A stretch of DNA of 13,257 bases from a virus. Its lineage: Duplodnaviria > Heunggongvirae > Uroviricota > Caudoviricetes. The stretch lies in IMG/VR virus record IMGVR_UViG_2703719354_000002. One strand, 5' to 3'. How positions within the stretch are numbered: position 1 is the first letter of the stretch; each line of letters opens with the position of its first letter. The notes beneath the pieces are model-generated. The model saw only the letters and a program-made list of their open reading frames with translations, had not been told where the DNA came from and searched no databases. The translations under genes were made by a program, and so were the position numbers. Of this stretch, positions 1-12,074 are shown piece after piece.

Positions 1-995
1 AACGCAGCCTCTGCCTTAATCAGCATCTCCTGCGCGGTATCAGGACGACCAATATCCAGCACCGCATCCCACATGGATTTGAAGGCCCGCGCAGTCCTGT
101 CTGCCCAGGTCTCCAGCGTGCCCATGTTCTCTTTCAGGCGGCGGGTCTGGTCATCAAACCCTTTCGTTGCGGCCTCGTTCGCCGCCTGCAATGCCCCGGC
201 TTCATCGCCGGAACGCTGCAACTGAGCAACATACGCAATCTGCTCCGCCGTCACGTTATGGAACTGGCGTGCCATCGCCGTCAGCCCCGACGTCGGGTCT
301 GTGGTCAGCTTCCCGAAGGCTTCAGCGACCTTGTCCACCTCCACGCCGGATGCAGAGGAGAAACGCGCCACACTCTGGCTGATGGACGCAATCTGAGCCT
401 CACCGCTTACCCCCGCCTTAACCAGTGCGCTGAGTGACTCGCTGGTCTGGTTAAACGTCAGCCCTGCCGCCTGCCCGGCTCTGGACAGGACCAGCATACG
501 ATCTGCCGTCAGTCCCGCCTGATTGCCGGAAAGGACCAGCGTTTTGTTGAAATCGGACAGGGTTGAGTTGCCCTGATACCAGGCATACGCCAGCGCACCG
601 GTCGCCACCGCCAGCGAGGTGGCCCCCACCATCGGCAGGGTGATCGCACCGGCAAGCCCCCTGAACATGGGGATCATCCCGCCGAAGGAGTCCTTCACCT
701 GCCCCCCCTGTTGCAGCAGGATCAGCCACGGACTTTGCCCGCCTGCAAGCTGCGTGGCCACGTCGGTGAACTGTGCAGGCAGCATACGCATGGCGGCTTT
801 ATACTGCCCGACGGAAATCCCCGCTTTCTGTGCAGCCAGCGCCTGTCGGCTCAGCGACTGTTCAACGACTGCCGCTGTTTTTTTCGCATCACTTTCCGTA
901 CCGGAAAAATGACGCCTGACTCTGGCCATCTGCTCGTCAAATCTGGCCGCATCCAGACTTAAATCAACGACCAGATCGCCTACCGGTTCAGCCAT
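1..995 (-). CDS. H: Tail tape measure protein gpH, N-terminal ~331 codons; rest of the gene lies beyond the window start
   Basis: Reverse complement from the ATG at 993..995 translates to MAEPVGDLVVDLSLDAARFDEQMARVRRHFSGTESDAKK..., which I recognise as the lambda gpH N-terminus. Open to the window edge; sits directly downstream of T as in lambda. Not in the ORF track because it is truncated. Confidence 0.88.
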   Translation of the reverse strand, partial: MAEPVGDLVVDLSLDAARFDEQMARVRRHFSGTESDAKKTAAVVEQSLSRQALAAQKAGISVGQYKAAMRMLPAQFTDVATQLAGGQSPWLILLQQGGQVKDSFGGMIPMFRGLAGAITLPMVGATSLAVATGALAYAWYQGNSTLSDFNKTLVLSGNQAGLTADRMLVLSRAGQAAGLTFNQTSESLSALVKAGVSGEAQIASISQSVARFSSASGVEVDKVAEAFGKLTTDPTSGLTAMARQFHNVTAEQIAYVAQLQRSGDEAGALQAANEAATKGFDDQTRRLKENMGTLETWADRTARAFKSMWDAVLDIGRPDTAQEMLIKAEAA

Positions 996-1428
996 ACCGG
1001 ACTCCTCCTGCGATCCCTTCTGATACTGTCATCAGCATTACGTCATCCTCCGTCATGTCCGCCACATCCGGGGAAGCGGGGATAACTTCATTCCCGTCCG
1101 GGCCAAAGCGGACGCCTCCGGCAAGCCCTGCCGCTTTCTGCATCAGCACATCATCTTCAGGCTCTTCGTCAGCCTCACGCCGGTTCAGCAGACTGAAATC
1201 CAGCGGATGCATATCCGGATCGCTGAAAAACAGGCTGAGCACGGTGTACGTCAGCCCGGAAAAGTGCATATCCAGCAGAACATCATGAAAATAATGGGTA
1301 CTGTAAAAGCGGTGCCAGTCGGCATACTCCGTGGATGACATCCCGGCAAGCATGGCACGCCAGTCGGGTCGCCCCGTCTCGCGCGCCAGTTTCAGGGCAA
1401 AACTCAGCTCACCGTCGAACACTTTCCC
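988..1428 (-). CDS. T: T reading frame, expressed only as the gpG-T fusion (tail assembly chaperone) after a -1 frameshift from G
   Basis: Track ORF 988..1422 (...FDGELSFALKLARETGRPDWRAMLAGM...) is in the -1 frame relative to G and begins right at the slippery heptamer. Matches lambda gpT as recalled. Confidence 0.85.
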   Translation of the reverse strand, partial: GKVFDGELSFALKLARETGRPDWRAMLAGMSSTEYADWHRFYSTHYFHDVLLDMHFSGLTYTVLSLFFSDPDMHPLDFSLLNRREADEEPEDDVLMQKAAGLAGGVRFGPDGNEVIPASPDVADMTEDDVMLMTVSEGIAGGVRYG

Positions 1429-1826
1429 GCAGAAACAGGCTCTGCAGGCCCGGCGTCCTCTGCCTGTTCAGGGGCATCATTCACCACAAACTCATACATA
1501 CCGGACAGCCGGTACACCACGTTTTCAGCATGAGAAATTGCCTCTGTGGGCCAGGTGGTAAGCACTTCCTGCTCAATCTGTTTAACGGCTTCATTCATGG
1601 AAGGCTGCTTTGTCTTCTGCGGATGGTTATGCCACAGGGACATCGCCACCACAAAAGCACCGGTTCTGATGGCGTCTTCCACTGTAAACTTCCGGTTGCT
1701 GTCTGACTCCGCCTGTTCTGCCTGCCGTTTCATCAGGGCGAGATGCTCAATACGCTGCAGGGCTGAAAGTTCAGAAAGCGTGACGGTCACGCCGTTATGT
1801 TCAAATGATTCGGTTTTCAGGAACAT
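1404..1826 (-). CDS. G: Tail assembly chaperone gpG (140 aa)
   Basis: Track ORF of 140 aa (MFLKTESFEHNGVTVTLSELSALQRIEHLALMKRQ...). Length, position between V and T, and sequence match lambda gpG. Confidence 0.9.
   Translation of the reverse strand: MFLKTESFEHNGVTVTLSELSALQRIEHLALMKRQAEQAESDSNRKFTVEDAIRTGAFVVAMSLWHNHPQKTKQPSMNEAVKQIEQEVLTTWPTEAISHAENVVYRLSGMYEFVVNDAPEQAEDAGPAEPVSAGKCSTVS
1422..1428 (-). other. Programmed -1 ribosomal frameshift slippery heptamer G GGA AAG (G to G-T)
   Basis: Plus strand ctttccc is GGGAAAG on the minus strand, in phase X XXY YYZ with the G frame (..GCG GGA AAG TGT..), 6 codons before the G stop. Shifted frame reads GKVFDGELS..., the T frame. Confidence 0.85.
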
Positions 1827-1841
1827 CGCTGACTCTCCGGA

Positions 1842-2582
1842 TTAACTGTCGGTGACAGTGATTTCTGCAACCGCAGCAAGTTCACCATTACCGGATACGA
1901 CCGGAATGTTGACCTTGCCTGCAGCAACACCTTTCACGGTGATGGTCATACCACTGACCGACACGGTGGCTTTTGTTTTATCCGCAGACACCGCACGGAA
2001 GCTCTTGTCGGTTGCGCCTTCCGGCTGAAATGCCACGGTCAGCGTGGTGCTCTGCCCTTTCACCACCGAGGTGCTGGCAGGCGTCACGGTCATGCCGGTT
2101 GCCGCTGTGACCGTGCTGCGATCTTCTGCCATCGACGGGCGTCCCACATTGGTGACCTTCACCGTGCGGGTGATCACTTCCTTCGCCGTCACTGCTTTAC
2201 CGATACTGCTGACCCAGCCACGGAACACATCGACCGTGCCGTTCGGGAAGCGGATTTTATAGGCACGGGTATCACCTTCATTAAACCACGCCAGCAGCGC
2301 CTGCTGCCCCTGCTCTCCGGGCATCCACGCCAGCGTGAAGCTGGTATCTCCGGCTGATTTCTGCCCCTGCCCGGTCGCAGTCCAGTCCGCATCTTCATCA
2401 TCGAGATAGCTGTCGTCATAGGACTCAGCGGTCAGTTCGCCGGGCGTCAGGTCTTTAACTTTTGCCAGACGCGACCAGTCAACGTCTGAAAGCGGATTCG
2501 CATAAGGGTCACCGCTCCCCTTATAAACCCACAGGGTGGTCCCGGCACCTTTCACCGGCATTACAGGATTTGGTACAGGCAT
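1842..2582 (-). CDS. V: Major tail tube protein gpV (246 aa)
   Basis: Track ORF 1842..2612; the internal start [27 protein letters not shown]... at 2580..2582 gives 246 aa, the lambda gpV length. The C-terminal region is rich in T/V/S/G, consistent with an Ig-like domain. Confidence 0.9.
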   Translation of the reverse strand: MPVPNPVMPVKGAGTTLWVYKGSGDPYANPLSDVDWSRLAKVKDLTPGELTAESYDDSYLDDEDADWTATGQGQKSAGDTSFTLAWMPGEQGQQALLAWFNEGDTRAYKIRFPNGTVDVFRGWVSSIGKAVTAKEVITRTVKVTNVGRPSMAEDRSTVTAATGMTVTPASTSVVKGQSTTLTVAFQPEGATDKSFRAVSADKTKATVSVSGMTITVKGVAAGKVNIPVVSGNGELAAVAEITVTDS

Positions 2583-2589
2583 AGCGTCC

Positions 2590-2985
2590 TCACATTTCAT
2601 AGGTAATGACATAAGTCAGATCGGCTGAACTCCACAGGCCCGCATCATCGTCGCGTCGGTAGTCATAGCCACTGGCCACCATACTGGTGATCAACTCTGA
2701 CAGTGCCGGGATATCGCTCATCACCGGATAAATCCGGGACTCCATCCACGCATCCAGCTCTGAATCCGGCACCTGAGCAGGCAGGAAAACTTCGATATGC
2801 AGCTCCGCCTGCCAGGTATCGCTGTCCAGCTCTTCGCCCGTGTATTCAGCGCCGGTGAGATAAACGGCAACTGCCGGAAAATCCGCCTCATCAAAAACAG
2901 CGGGGCGACCATCAAAAAACGTCGCCCCGGTGTCATGCTTCTCCAGTGCATCCAGTACGGCTGCACGGAGTTCAGTATGTTTCAT
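2590..2985 (-). CDS. U: Tail terminator protein gpU (131 aa)
   Basis: Track [36 protein letters not shown]...; length and position match lambda gpU. 4-bp overlap with the Z stop. Confidence 0.9.
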   Translation of the reverse strand: MKHTELRAAVLDALEKHDTGATFFDGRPAVFDEADFPAVAVYLTGAEYTGEELDSDTWQAELHIEVFLPAQVPDSELDAWMESRIYPVMSDIPALSELITSMVASGYDYRRDDDAGLWSSADLTYVITYEM

Positions 2986-3560
2986 CGCTTTATTACCATC
3001 CTCAGTTGATGCTGCAGCGCATAGCCCAGCTCTTTCGGAAGACGTTCACGCCGTATCCGCTCAATATTTTGTTTAAACGCCGTGGTCAGCGGCACCGCCA
3101 TCGGGATTTTCACCACATCAATGGGGTAACGGTTTTTCCCGGCCACACGCTGCATAACATGCCACCGGCCATTTTTCAGTTGCTGAATAAACGCGCCGGG
3201 AATACGACGGTTACCCACCACAAGCACGCTGCCGCCACCTTTCAGGGATGAACGCTGCCCCTTTTTACGACGCCTGCGGCGCGAAAGGACAACCCGCGCA
3301 TTACCCAGCTTGATTACGGGCAAATCCCCCCGGTTAACCTTGATTCTGGCCTGCGGATTTTTGACCGTGGCCCTTTTCAGCCTGGCCCTTTCCTTTACCA
3401 GTTTCCGGCGTACCTTTGTCTCACGGGCAACCTGTGACACCGACTGCGATATCGCGGATGAAGCAACGCGGTTAATGGCCATTGCGGCGGCACCGGGCAC
3501 CGCCGTTCTGCTGATACGGCTGAGGTTTTCAACGGCCTGCTCAAGACCTTTTATGGCCAT
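2982..3560 (-). CDS. Z: Tail completion protein gpZ (192 aa)
   Basis: Track ORF MAIKGLEQAVENLSRISRTAVPGAAAMAINRV...; 192 aa as in lambda gpZ. Confidence 0.9.
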   Translation of the reverse strand: MAIKGLEQAVENLSRISRTAVPGAAAMAINRVASSAISQSVSQVARETKVRRKLVKERARLKRATVKNPQARIKVNRGDLPVIKLGNARVVLSRRRRRKKGQRSSLKGGGSVLVVGNRRIPGAFIQQLKNGRWHVMQRVAGKNRYPIDVVKIPMAVPLTTAFKQNIERIRRERLPKELGYALQHQLRMVIKR

Positions 3561-3925
3561 ACATCCCCCTTCCAGCGGCGACGGTTAACGGCAGGCGGTA
3601 CGCCCCGCCCAAGCCAGAGATGACAGCTTCCGCCATCATCCGGCGAAATCCGGTCTATCCAGAAGTTTTCCTCACCGATGGTCAGCGTGTCGCCGCGCCG
3701 CAGCTGCCGCACATCATCAGTCCGGACAAACAGGGACGGGCTGGAGCCTTCAACGCGCACGCCCTGTCCGGCATAGCTGATATTTTCAGGGTCATCAAAA
3801 ACACCACGTATCACAGCACCGGACTGCTCACCGGATGTCATGGTGGCTGACGTTCCCATGTACCCGCGTATCGTTTCATCGGCGCAGGCAATGGCAGCAT
3901 CGAACAGGTTATCGAAATCAGCCAC
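3551..3925 (-). CDS. FII: Head-tail connector protein gpFII (124 aa here; C-terminus overlaps the Z start)
   Basis: Track ORF MADFDNLFDAAIACADETIRGYMGTSATMTSGEQSG... matches lambda gpFII. The ORF reads on through ...NRRRWKGDVWP and ends inside the start of Z. Confidence 0.88.
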   Translation of the reverse strand: MADFDNLFDAAIACADETIRGYMGTSATMTSGEQSGAVIRGVFDDPENISYAGQGVRVEGSSPSLFVRTDDVRQLRRGDTLTIGEENFWIDRISPDDGGSCHLWLGRGVPPAVNRRRWKGDVWP

Positions 3926-3936
3926 AGCGCCTCCCG

Positions 3937-4332
3937 TTATTGCATTCTGGCCAGGCCGCGCTCTGTCATTTCAGCTGCCACACCGGCAGAGACACGGAAC
4001 GCCGTTCCCGGCAGCACAAATGCCACAGCCTCATCCCGCGTGGCGTGAAGTGCATCAGTATGCAGCGTCACCAGTGCCACAACCGTGACCAGATCAGCCG
4101 TATCAGTCACGGTATCCGGCTGCGCTGATACAACCTCATTTTCATGTCCGGTCAGCGCATTTTCCGGGCTGACAGATGTGTCCTGACCGGCAGCGTCATC
4201 CGTGTCATCAAGCTCCTCTTCCAGCTCTGCCACACGGAGTGCCAGTTCTTCTTTCGTCCCCGTCAGGCTGACATCACGGTTCAGTTGCTCACCCAGCACC
4301 TGAAGACGGGCAATCAGTTCATCTTTCGTCAT
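3937..4332 (-). CDS. FI: Head assembly / DNA packaging accessory protein gpFI
   Basis: The internal start MTKDELIARLQVLGEQLNRDVSLTGTKEELALRVAELEEELDD... (ATG at 4330..4332) of track ORF 3937..4371 matches lambda gpFI, with an acidic linker and conserved C-terminus ...GVAAEMTERGLARMQ. Confidence 0.88.
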   Translation of the reverse strand: MTKDELIARLQVLGEQLNRDVSLTGTKEELALRVAELEEELDDTDDAAGQDTSVSPENALTGHENEVVSAQPDTVTDTADLVTVVALVTLHTDALHATRDEAVAFVLPGTAFRVSAGVAAEMTERGLARMQ

Positions 4333-4373
4333 GGACTCCTCCACAGAGAGAAAATGGCCCCGAAGGGCCATGA

Positions 4374-5399
4374 TTACGCCAGTTGTACGGACACGAACGC
4401 ATCAGGGTCAGCCAGCAGCATCAGCGGTGCTGACTGAATCATGGTGAACTCACGCGCCGGATCGCCGGTGGTCACCCAGTTTTTCGGGTAGCGGGCAGAG
4501 GCGTTAATACCTTCGCGCTGTGCGTCCGCATCCTGAATGCAGCCATAGGTGCGCAGACCGCGTGCCTGAGTGTTCCCCAGCACCATCGTGTTGTCCGGAA
4601 GGAAGTTCTTTTTGACGTCGTTTTCCACGTACTGTCCGGAATACACGACGATCGCCGTATCGCCATACATCCCCTTATAGGACACCGCTTCGCCCAGGTC
4701 TTTTACCGCTGTCTCCAGCTCGGAATGAGAGCCGCGACGGGTATCCAGCTTCTCCTTGACGGCTTTGAAGGAACGGAACAGCGCCCAGCCTTTCGGATCA
4801 AACACGATGATATTCACCACACCGCTGGCGTTCAGCGCGTAGGCTTCGATATCGTCGGTCGGGTCATACGTGGACTTGTCACGCTTGCTCCACTCCGTAC
4901 CGCCGGACTGCGTGATGTTGTTCGCCACACTGCGGCCCATATCCACTTCAACCGGATCGAAGGCTTCACCGGTCATGGTGTATTTGCCCTTAAGCACGGC
5001 AGAAACTGCCTGCATCTCTTCGACCTGAGCAATGGCCAGCTCTTCGTCTCGCATGTTCTGCAGGATGATGCGACGGCGGCGGTAAGCCGGGTCCGCCAGA
5101 TTCTGTGGATCTTCATCCGGCAGGCGACGCAGGGTCATCTGCGGATTCACTTCATGCTTGGGTTTGACATATCCCGGCGTAAATTCAGAGGTGGAGCCGC
5201 CACGGGAGCGGATAACCTCACCGGAAACAATCGGCGAAACGTACAGCGCCATGTTTACCAGTCCCGGAATTTGTGAGAGATAGACTTTCTCCGTGGTGAA
5301 GGGATAGCTCTCACGGAAAAAGAGACGCAGAAACAGCGGATCAAACTTAAATTTCTGCTCATTTGCCGCCAGCAGCTGGGCGGTTGTGTACATCGACAT
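4374..5399 (-). CDS. E: Major capsid protein gpE (341 aa)
   Basis: Track ORF 4374..5426; the start MSMYTTAQLLAANEQKFKFDPLFLRLFFRESYPFTTEKVYLSQIPGLVNMALYVSPIVSGEV... at 5397..5399 gives 341 aa, the lambda gpE length and sequence. Confidence 0.92.
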   Translation of the reverse strand: MSMYTTAQLLAANEQKFKFDPLFLRLFFRESYPFTTEKVYLSQIPGLVNMALYVSPIVSGEVIRSRGGSTSEFTPGYVKPKHEVNPQMTLRRLPDEDPQNLADPAYRRRRIILQNMRDEELAIAQVEEMQAVSAVLKGKYTMTGEAFDPVEVDMGRSVANNITQSGGTEWSKRDKSTYDPTDDIEAYALNASGVVNIIVFDPKGWALFRSFKAVKEKLDTRRGSHSELETAVKDLGEAVSYKGMYGDTAIVVYSGQYVENDVKKNFLPDNTMVLGNTQARGLRTYGCIQDADAQREGINASARYPKNWVTTGDPAREFTMIQSAPLMLLADPDAFVSVQLA

Positions 5400-5413
5400 A
5401 AAAAAATCCCGTA

Positions 5414-5435
5414 AAAAAAGCCGCACAGGCGGCCT
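5414..5435 (-). terminator. GC hairpin followed by a U7 tract in the D-E intergenic spacer (terminator-like or attenuating RNA structure)
   Basis: Minus-strand RNA would read ..GGCCGCcuguGCGGCuuuuuuu. Plus strand shows gccgc(5421-5425) acag gcggc(5430-5434) preceded by aaaaaaa (5414-5420). It lies inside a late operon, so it is unlikely to be a fully efficient terminator. Confidence 0.4.
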
Positions 5436-5454
5436 TTAGTGATGAAGGGTAAGG

Positions 5455-5787
5455 TTAAACGATGCTGATTGCCGTTCCGGCAAACGCGGTCCGTTTTTTC
5501 GTCTCATCGCTGGCAGCCTCCGGCCAGAGCACATCCTCATAACGGAACGTGCCGGACTTGTAGAACGTCAGCGTGGTGCTGGTCTGGTCAGCAGCAACCG
5601 CCAGAATGCCAACGGCAGCACCGTCGGTGGTGCCATCCCACGCAACCAGCTTACGGGTGGCGGTGTCCAGCATCAGCGGGGTCATTGCAGGCGCTTTCGC
5701 ACTCAATCCGCCGGGCGCGGTTGCGGTATGAGCCGGGTCACTGTTGCCCAGCGGCTGGTAATGGGTAAAGGTTTCTTTGCTCGTCAT
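5455..5787 (-). CDS. D: Head decoration protein gpD (110 aa)
   Basis: Track ORF 5455..5793; the start [27 protein letters not shown]... (ATG at 5785..5787) gives 110 aa as in lambda gpD. Confidence 0.92.
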   Translation of the reverse strand: MTSKETFTHYQPLGNSDPAHTATAPGGLSAKAPAMTPLMLDTATRKLVAWDGTTDGAAVGILAVAADQTSTTLTFYKSGTFRYEDVLWPEAASDETKKRTAFAGTAISIV

Positions 5788-5796
5788 AAACATCCC

Positions 5797-6402
5797 TTAC
5801 ACTGGTGTGTTCAGCAAATCGTTAACGGCATCAGATGCCGGGTTACCTGCAGCCAGCGGTGCCGGGGCACCCTGCATCAGACGATCCAGCGCAGTGTCAC
5901 TGCGCGCCTGTGCACTCTGTGGTGCTGCGGCCAGAATGCGGCGGGCCGTTTCCACGGTCATACCGGGGGTTTCTGCCAGCACGCGTGCCTGTTCTTCGCG
6001 TCCGTGAGCCTCCTCACAGTTGAGGATCCCCATAATGCGGCTGTTTTCTGCCGCAACCGCTGCGGTGATCTGCGCGTTCACGTCCGGCTGCGCCGCGCTG
6101 GCGTTTTCGCCCTCCGTCGCTGGCACCACGTCAGTAACGTCAGCCTGCGAAGCAGTGGCTGAAACAGTTGTTGATTGAGTCTCTTTGGTCATTCGCCCTC
6201 CTGAGAGACGGGATTTACGTGCATCCAGTGCATCACGCATGACGGTGATCGCATCGGTGCTGTTAACAAGTTCATCAGCCAGTCCGGCATCAATGGCCTC
6301 CTGACCGCTGTACACTGCAGCCTCGGTATCCAGCACAGCCTGCACGGACAGGCCGGTATATGCCGACACCTTCTGCGCAAACATCTGGCGGGTTGCGTCC
6401 AT
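5797..6402 (-). CDS. Nu3: Scaffolding protein gpNu3 (201 aa), translated in frame from an internal start within C
   Basis: In-frame ATG at 6400..6402 gives MDATRQMFAQKVSAYTGLSVQ... and 201 aa sharing the C stop. This is the known nested C/Nu3 arrangement of lambda. Confidence 0.8.
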   Translation of the reverse strand: MDATRQMFAQKVSAYTGLSVQAVLDTEAAVYSGQEAIDAGLADELVNSTDAITVMRDALDARKSRLSGGRMTKETQSTTVSATASQADVTDVVPATEGENASAAQPDVNAQITAAVAAENSRIMGILNCEEAHGREEQARVLAETPGMTVETARRILAAAPQSAQARSDTALDRLMQGAPAPLAAGNPASDAVNDLLNTPV

Positions 6403-7096
6403 CCGGTACTGCAGTGTCTCCCGGACGTCATCCGGAAGATGGCTGTAGGGGTTGCCATCCACCTTATGGCTGCCGCTGTAAATCAGCGTGATTTCCACAC
6501 CCTGTTTCTCCAGCGCAGCACCGTAATTACTGTGAGCCATCATGACGCCGATGGAGCCTGTCCGGGCGGTCTGCGTGACCAGACGCCGGGAGGCGGCACT
6601 GGCAAGCAACTGACCTGCACTGCAGTTCATGTCGTTGGCAAGCGCCCATACCGGTTTTATGTCACGCACACGGGCGATGATGTCAGCGCAGTCAAATGCC
6701 CCCGCCACCATCCCGCCGGGCGTGTCCATATCGAGCAGAATGCCGTCCACCATCGGATCGCTGGCAGCCTGTTGCAGACGGGCGATAATGCCGTTGTAAC
6801 CGGTCATCCCCGAGTACGGCTGCAGCGCCCGCGTCCGGCTGACCAGCGTGCCGGACACCGGCAGCACGGCGATGCCGTTCATGACCTGATAACTGCGGGC
6901 CTGTCGTGGTCCGTCATCATCACCGGATAATGCCAGCGTCGCGAGTGCCTCCTGGGCAGTCAGGCTGTCGCCGGACACCGCATCCGTCAGGCGGCTGATC
7001 CCAAGCTGGCCTGCAAGCGCACAAAAGAAAACCCGCGCATAGGCGGGTTCAAGCATCAGCGGCTCATTAAAAGCCATGCTGGCAATATGCGGGAGA

Positions 7097-7116
<20 letters not shown>
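5797..7116 (-). CDS. C: Head maturation protease / scaffold gpC (439 aa, GTG start)
   Basis: Track ORF 5797..7251 contains the lambda gpC sequence starting at the residue translated V in VTAELRNLPHIASMAFNEPLMLEPAYARVFF..., codon GTG at 7114..7116. This gives 439 aa and a 20-bp overlap with the B 3' end, as in lambda. ClpP/SppA-like serine protease region present. Confidence 0.88.
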
Positions 7117-10797
<3,681 letters not shown>

Positions 10798-10823
<26 letters not shown>

Positions 10824-11343
10824 TCAGCAACCCCGGTATCAGTTCATCCAGCGCGGCTGCTTTGTTCATGGCTTTGATGATATCCCGTTTCAGGAAATCA
10901 ACATGTCGGTTTTCCAGTTCCGGAAAACGCCGCTGCACCGACAGGGGGATCCCGTCGAGAATACTGGCAATTTCACCTGCGATCCGCGACAGCACGAAAG
11001 TACAGAATGCGGTTTCCACCACTTCAGCGGAGTCTCTGGCATTTTTCAGCTCCTGTGCGTCGGCCTGCGCACGCGTAAGTCGATGGCGTTCGTACTCAAT
11101 AGTCCCTGGCTGGAGATCTGTCTCGCTGGCCTGCCGCAGTTCTTCAACTTCCCGGCGCAGCTTTTCGTTCTCAATTTCAGCATCCCTTTCGGCATACCAT
11201 TTTATGGCGGCGGCAGAGTCATAAAGCACTTCATTACCCTTGCCACCACCCCGCAGAACGGGCATTCCCTGCTCCTGCCAGTTCTGAATGGTACGGATAC
11301 TCGCGCCGAAAATGTCAGCCAGCTGCTTTTTGTTGACTTCCAT
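10798..11343 (-). CDS. Nu1: Terminase small subunit gpNu1 (181 aa)
   Basis: Track ORF MEVNKKQLADIFGASIRTIQNWQEQGMPVLRGGGKGNEVLYDSAAAIKWYAERDAEIENEKLRRE... matches lambda gpNu1: N-terminal winged-HTH, C-terminal gpA-binding tail, and a cosB immediately upstream. Confidence 0.95.
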
Positions 11344-11520
11344 TGTTCATTCCACGGACAAAAACAGAGAAAGGAAACGACAGAGGCCAAAAAGCTCGTT
11401 TTCAGCACCTGTCGTTTCCTTTCTTTTCAGAGGGTGTTTTAAATAAAAACATTAAGTTACGACGAAGAAGAACGGAAACGCCTTAAACCGGAAAATTTTC
11501 ATAAATAGCGAAAACCCGCG
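11344..11520 (-). promoter_or_regulatory. cosB, lambda-type terminase small-subunit binding region (R1, R2, R3 with an AT-rich IHF-like spacer)
   Basis: Three GGAAACG-core elements at about 11371..11384 (aaggaaacgacaga), 11409..11423 (inverted, ctgtcgtttcctttc) and 11471..11482 (aacggaaacgcc), with an AT-rich segment at 11437..11465 between R3 and R2. Reverse complement matches the lambda left-end sequence with a few substitutions. Confidence 0.85.
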
Positions 11521-11532
11521 AGGTCGCCGCCC
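11521..11532 (-). other. cosN copy 1: 12-nt cohesive-end sequence (GGGCGGCGACCT on the phage strand)
   Basis: Plus strand aggtcgccgccc is the reverse complement of the lambda cohesive end GGGCGGCGACCT. Flanked by a lambda-like left end on one side and lambda-like right-end DNA on the other. Confidence 0.9.
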
Positions 11533-11731
11533 CGTAACCTGTCGGATCGCCGGAAAGGACCCGCAAAATGATAATAATTATCATCTACATGTCACAACGT
11601 GCATCTACGCCATCAAACCACGTCAAATAATCAATTATGACGCAGGTATCGTATTAATTGATCTGCGTCAACTTAACGTAAAAACAACTTCAGACAATAC
11701 AAATCAGCGACACTGAATACGGGGCAACCTC
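11533..11731 (-). other. Phage right-end (cosQ-containing) DNA adjacent to cosN, lambda-like with substitutions
   Basis: Reverse complement reads ...GAGGTTGCCCCGTATTCAGTGTCGCTGATTTGTATTGTCTGAAGTTGTTTTTACGTTAAGTTGA..GCAGATCAATTAATACGATACCTGCGTCATAATTGATTATTTGACGTGGTTTGATGG...GGTCCTTTCCGG.GATCCGACAGGTTACG, which matches the lambda right terminus as recalled with scattered mismatches. Homology to lambda stops near 11731. Confidence 0.75.
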
Positions 11732-11926
11732 ATGTCAACGAAGAACAGAACCCGCAGAACAACAACCCGCAACATCCGCTTTCCTAACCAAATGATTGAA
11801 CAAATTAACATCGCTCTTGAGCAAAAAGGGTCTGGGAATTTCTCAGCCTGGGTCATTGAAGCCTGCCGTCGGAGACTAACGTCAGAAAAGAGAGCATATA
11901 CATCAATCCAAAGTGATGATGGATGA
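11732..11926 (+). CDS. Small (64 aa) ribbon-helix-helix-like putative DNA-binding protein, copy 1
   Basis: Track ORF MSTKNRTRRTTTRNIRFPNQMIEQINIALEQKGSGNFSAWVIEACRRRLTSEKRAYTSIQSDDG: basic N-terminal arm, a short beta-strand-like NIRF, then two helices split by a KGSGN loop, typical of the Arc/MetJ/CopG fold. It may belong to the small YlcI/YnfO-like proteins found next to cos in E. coli lambdoid prophages, but that is from memory and unverified. Confidence 0.6.
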   Translation: MSTKNRTRRTTTRNIRFPNQMIEQINIALEQKGSGNFSAWVIEACRRRLTSEKRAYTSIQSDDG

Positions 11927-12074
11927 ACATCCCGGTTTCTTCCACCATCGCACCGGAAAAGCGACTATGAGGGTAACCCTGCGTCTGTCAGCACAGTAAA
12001 ACCCGGTGTGCATCGTTTTTGATTATTCCCGCACACTCACGCAGAAGGAATTCCCCGTCGGGCTACGGTCATGG

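Noticed and set aside
11202-11408. 68-aa minus-strand ORF overlapping cosB and the Nu1 start
   Set aside because: Out of frame with Nu1 and runs across the cosB R-sites. The cosB/Nu1 annotation explains this interval.
11927-12074. Possible bidirectional terminator in the 148-bp spacer between the convergent RHH and Nu1-like genes
   Set aside because: Only weak stems (for example ccggt...accgg with a 15-nt loop) and no U-tract after them. Not enough to call a terminator.
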